Shown one piece after another: positions 23,591 to 24,000 of a stretch of DNA of 24,000 bases (positions are counted from its first letter, which is position 1; every line of letters begins with the position of its first letter). The notes below the pieces were generated by a model. That model was not told where the DNA came from, did not search any database, and saw only the letters and a list, made by a program, of their open reading frames with translations. This DNA comes from Bryobacteraceae bacterium (GTDB lineage: Bacteria; Acidobacteriota; Terriglobia; Bryobacterales; Bryobacteraceae). The stretch lies in assembly GCA_035501495.1 (NCBI GenBank), contig DATJWB010000117.1, positions 33,955-57,954 on the forward strand, written 5' to 3'. A program made the position numbers and the translations under genes.

Positions 23591-24000
23591 ATGCGCCGCA
23601 TTCTCCAGTGGCTCGTATTGCCCATCGCCGCAGTCGTTGCGGCCGCGGCCCCTCCGGTGCAACTGGTATTCGATACCGACATGGGCAACGATGTCGATGA
23701 TGCCTTGGCGCTGGCGATGATCCACGCGCTCCAGAGCCGCGGCGAGGCCGGACTCCTGGCGGTGACCGTGACCAAGGACAACCGCTACGCCGCCCCCTTC
23801 GTCGACCTGGTGAACACGTTCTACGGCCGGAAGGAGATTCCCATCGGCGTGGTGAAGGGGGGCAGGACGCCGGAGGACAGCCCGATGATCCGGGTGCCCG
23901 CCGAGCGCCGAAATGCAGATGGTTCCTATGTCTACCCGCACCGGCTGACGGACGGGCGGGAGGCTCCGGATGCGGTCTCCGTGCTGCGGCGCGTGCTGGC
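23591..24000 (+). CDS. Inosine-uridine-preferring nucleoside hydrolase family protein with signal peptide; 5' part only, runs off the right edge
   Basis: Not in the ORF track (no stop in the window). Manual translation gives MRRILQWLVLPIAAVVAAAAPPVQLVFDTDMGNDVDDALALAMIHALQSRGEAGLLAVTVTKDN. DTDxGxDDxxAL is the IUNH signature. Confidence 0.85.
   Translation, partial: MRRILQWLVLPIAAVVAAAAPPVQLVFDTDMGNDVDDALALAMIHALQSRGEAGLLAVTVTKDNRYAAPFVDLVNTFYGRKEIPIGVVKGGRTPEDSPMIRVPAERRNADGSYVYPHRLTDGREAPDAVSVLRRVL

Noticed and set aside
1-24000. Scan for CRISPR repeats, tRNA/rRNA genes, transposase or integrase genes and known multi-gene defence systems
   Set aside because: None was seen by eye. The only defence-like unit is the RHH/MazF pair. 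A tRNA or small ncRNA could be missed without covariance-model tools.

Overview
High-GC (roughly 60-65%) bacterial chromosomal segment. The gene content suggests Acidobacteria of the Solibacter/Bryobacter type, but this is an inference from content only. No rRNA, tRNA, CRISPR array, transposase or integrase was seen. (1) Positions 1-10094 form one tightly packed minus-strand hopanoid operon: ispH, shc, hpnH, a 121-nt structured spacer, hpnA, hpnG, two tandem MDR zinc dehydrogenases, hpnC, hpnD, then a CysK-like PLP enzyme that runs off the left edge. No hpnE is visible. (2) Positions 10.2-13.0 kb hold an alpha/beta hydrolase, dut, and a divergently transcribed long two-lobe ThyX-like gene. (3) Positions 13.3-20.5 kb are an accessory, partly decayed patch. 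It contains an ECF sigma factor cut after region 2, and a lower-GC islet with an RHH-antitoxin/MazF pair and a gene remnant carrying an in-frame TGA. It also contains a secreted-protein gene readable only across three frame changes, DUF2891, a third MDR alcohol dehydrogenase, and a large secreted protein with a Solibacter-type C-terminal domain whose middle 1 kb is out of frame with both ends. (4) Positions 20.5-23.3 kb hold a translationally coupled two-gene module of unknown function: a cytoplasmic HExxE/Cys-cluster protein plus a signal-peptide protein with a beta-barrel-like C-terminus. It is followed by a partial secreted nucleoside hydrolase. The most interesting items are the two dehydrogenases inside the hopanoid side-chain genes (candidates for the unassigned ribosylhopane-to-bacteriohopanetetrol reduction), an intergenic repeat/structured-element family seen twice, the unknown two-gene module, and the cluster of frame-disrupted secreted genes. 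All family assignments come from motif recognition by eye; no database search was run.
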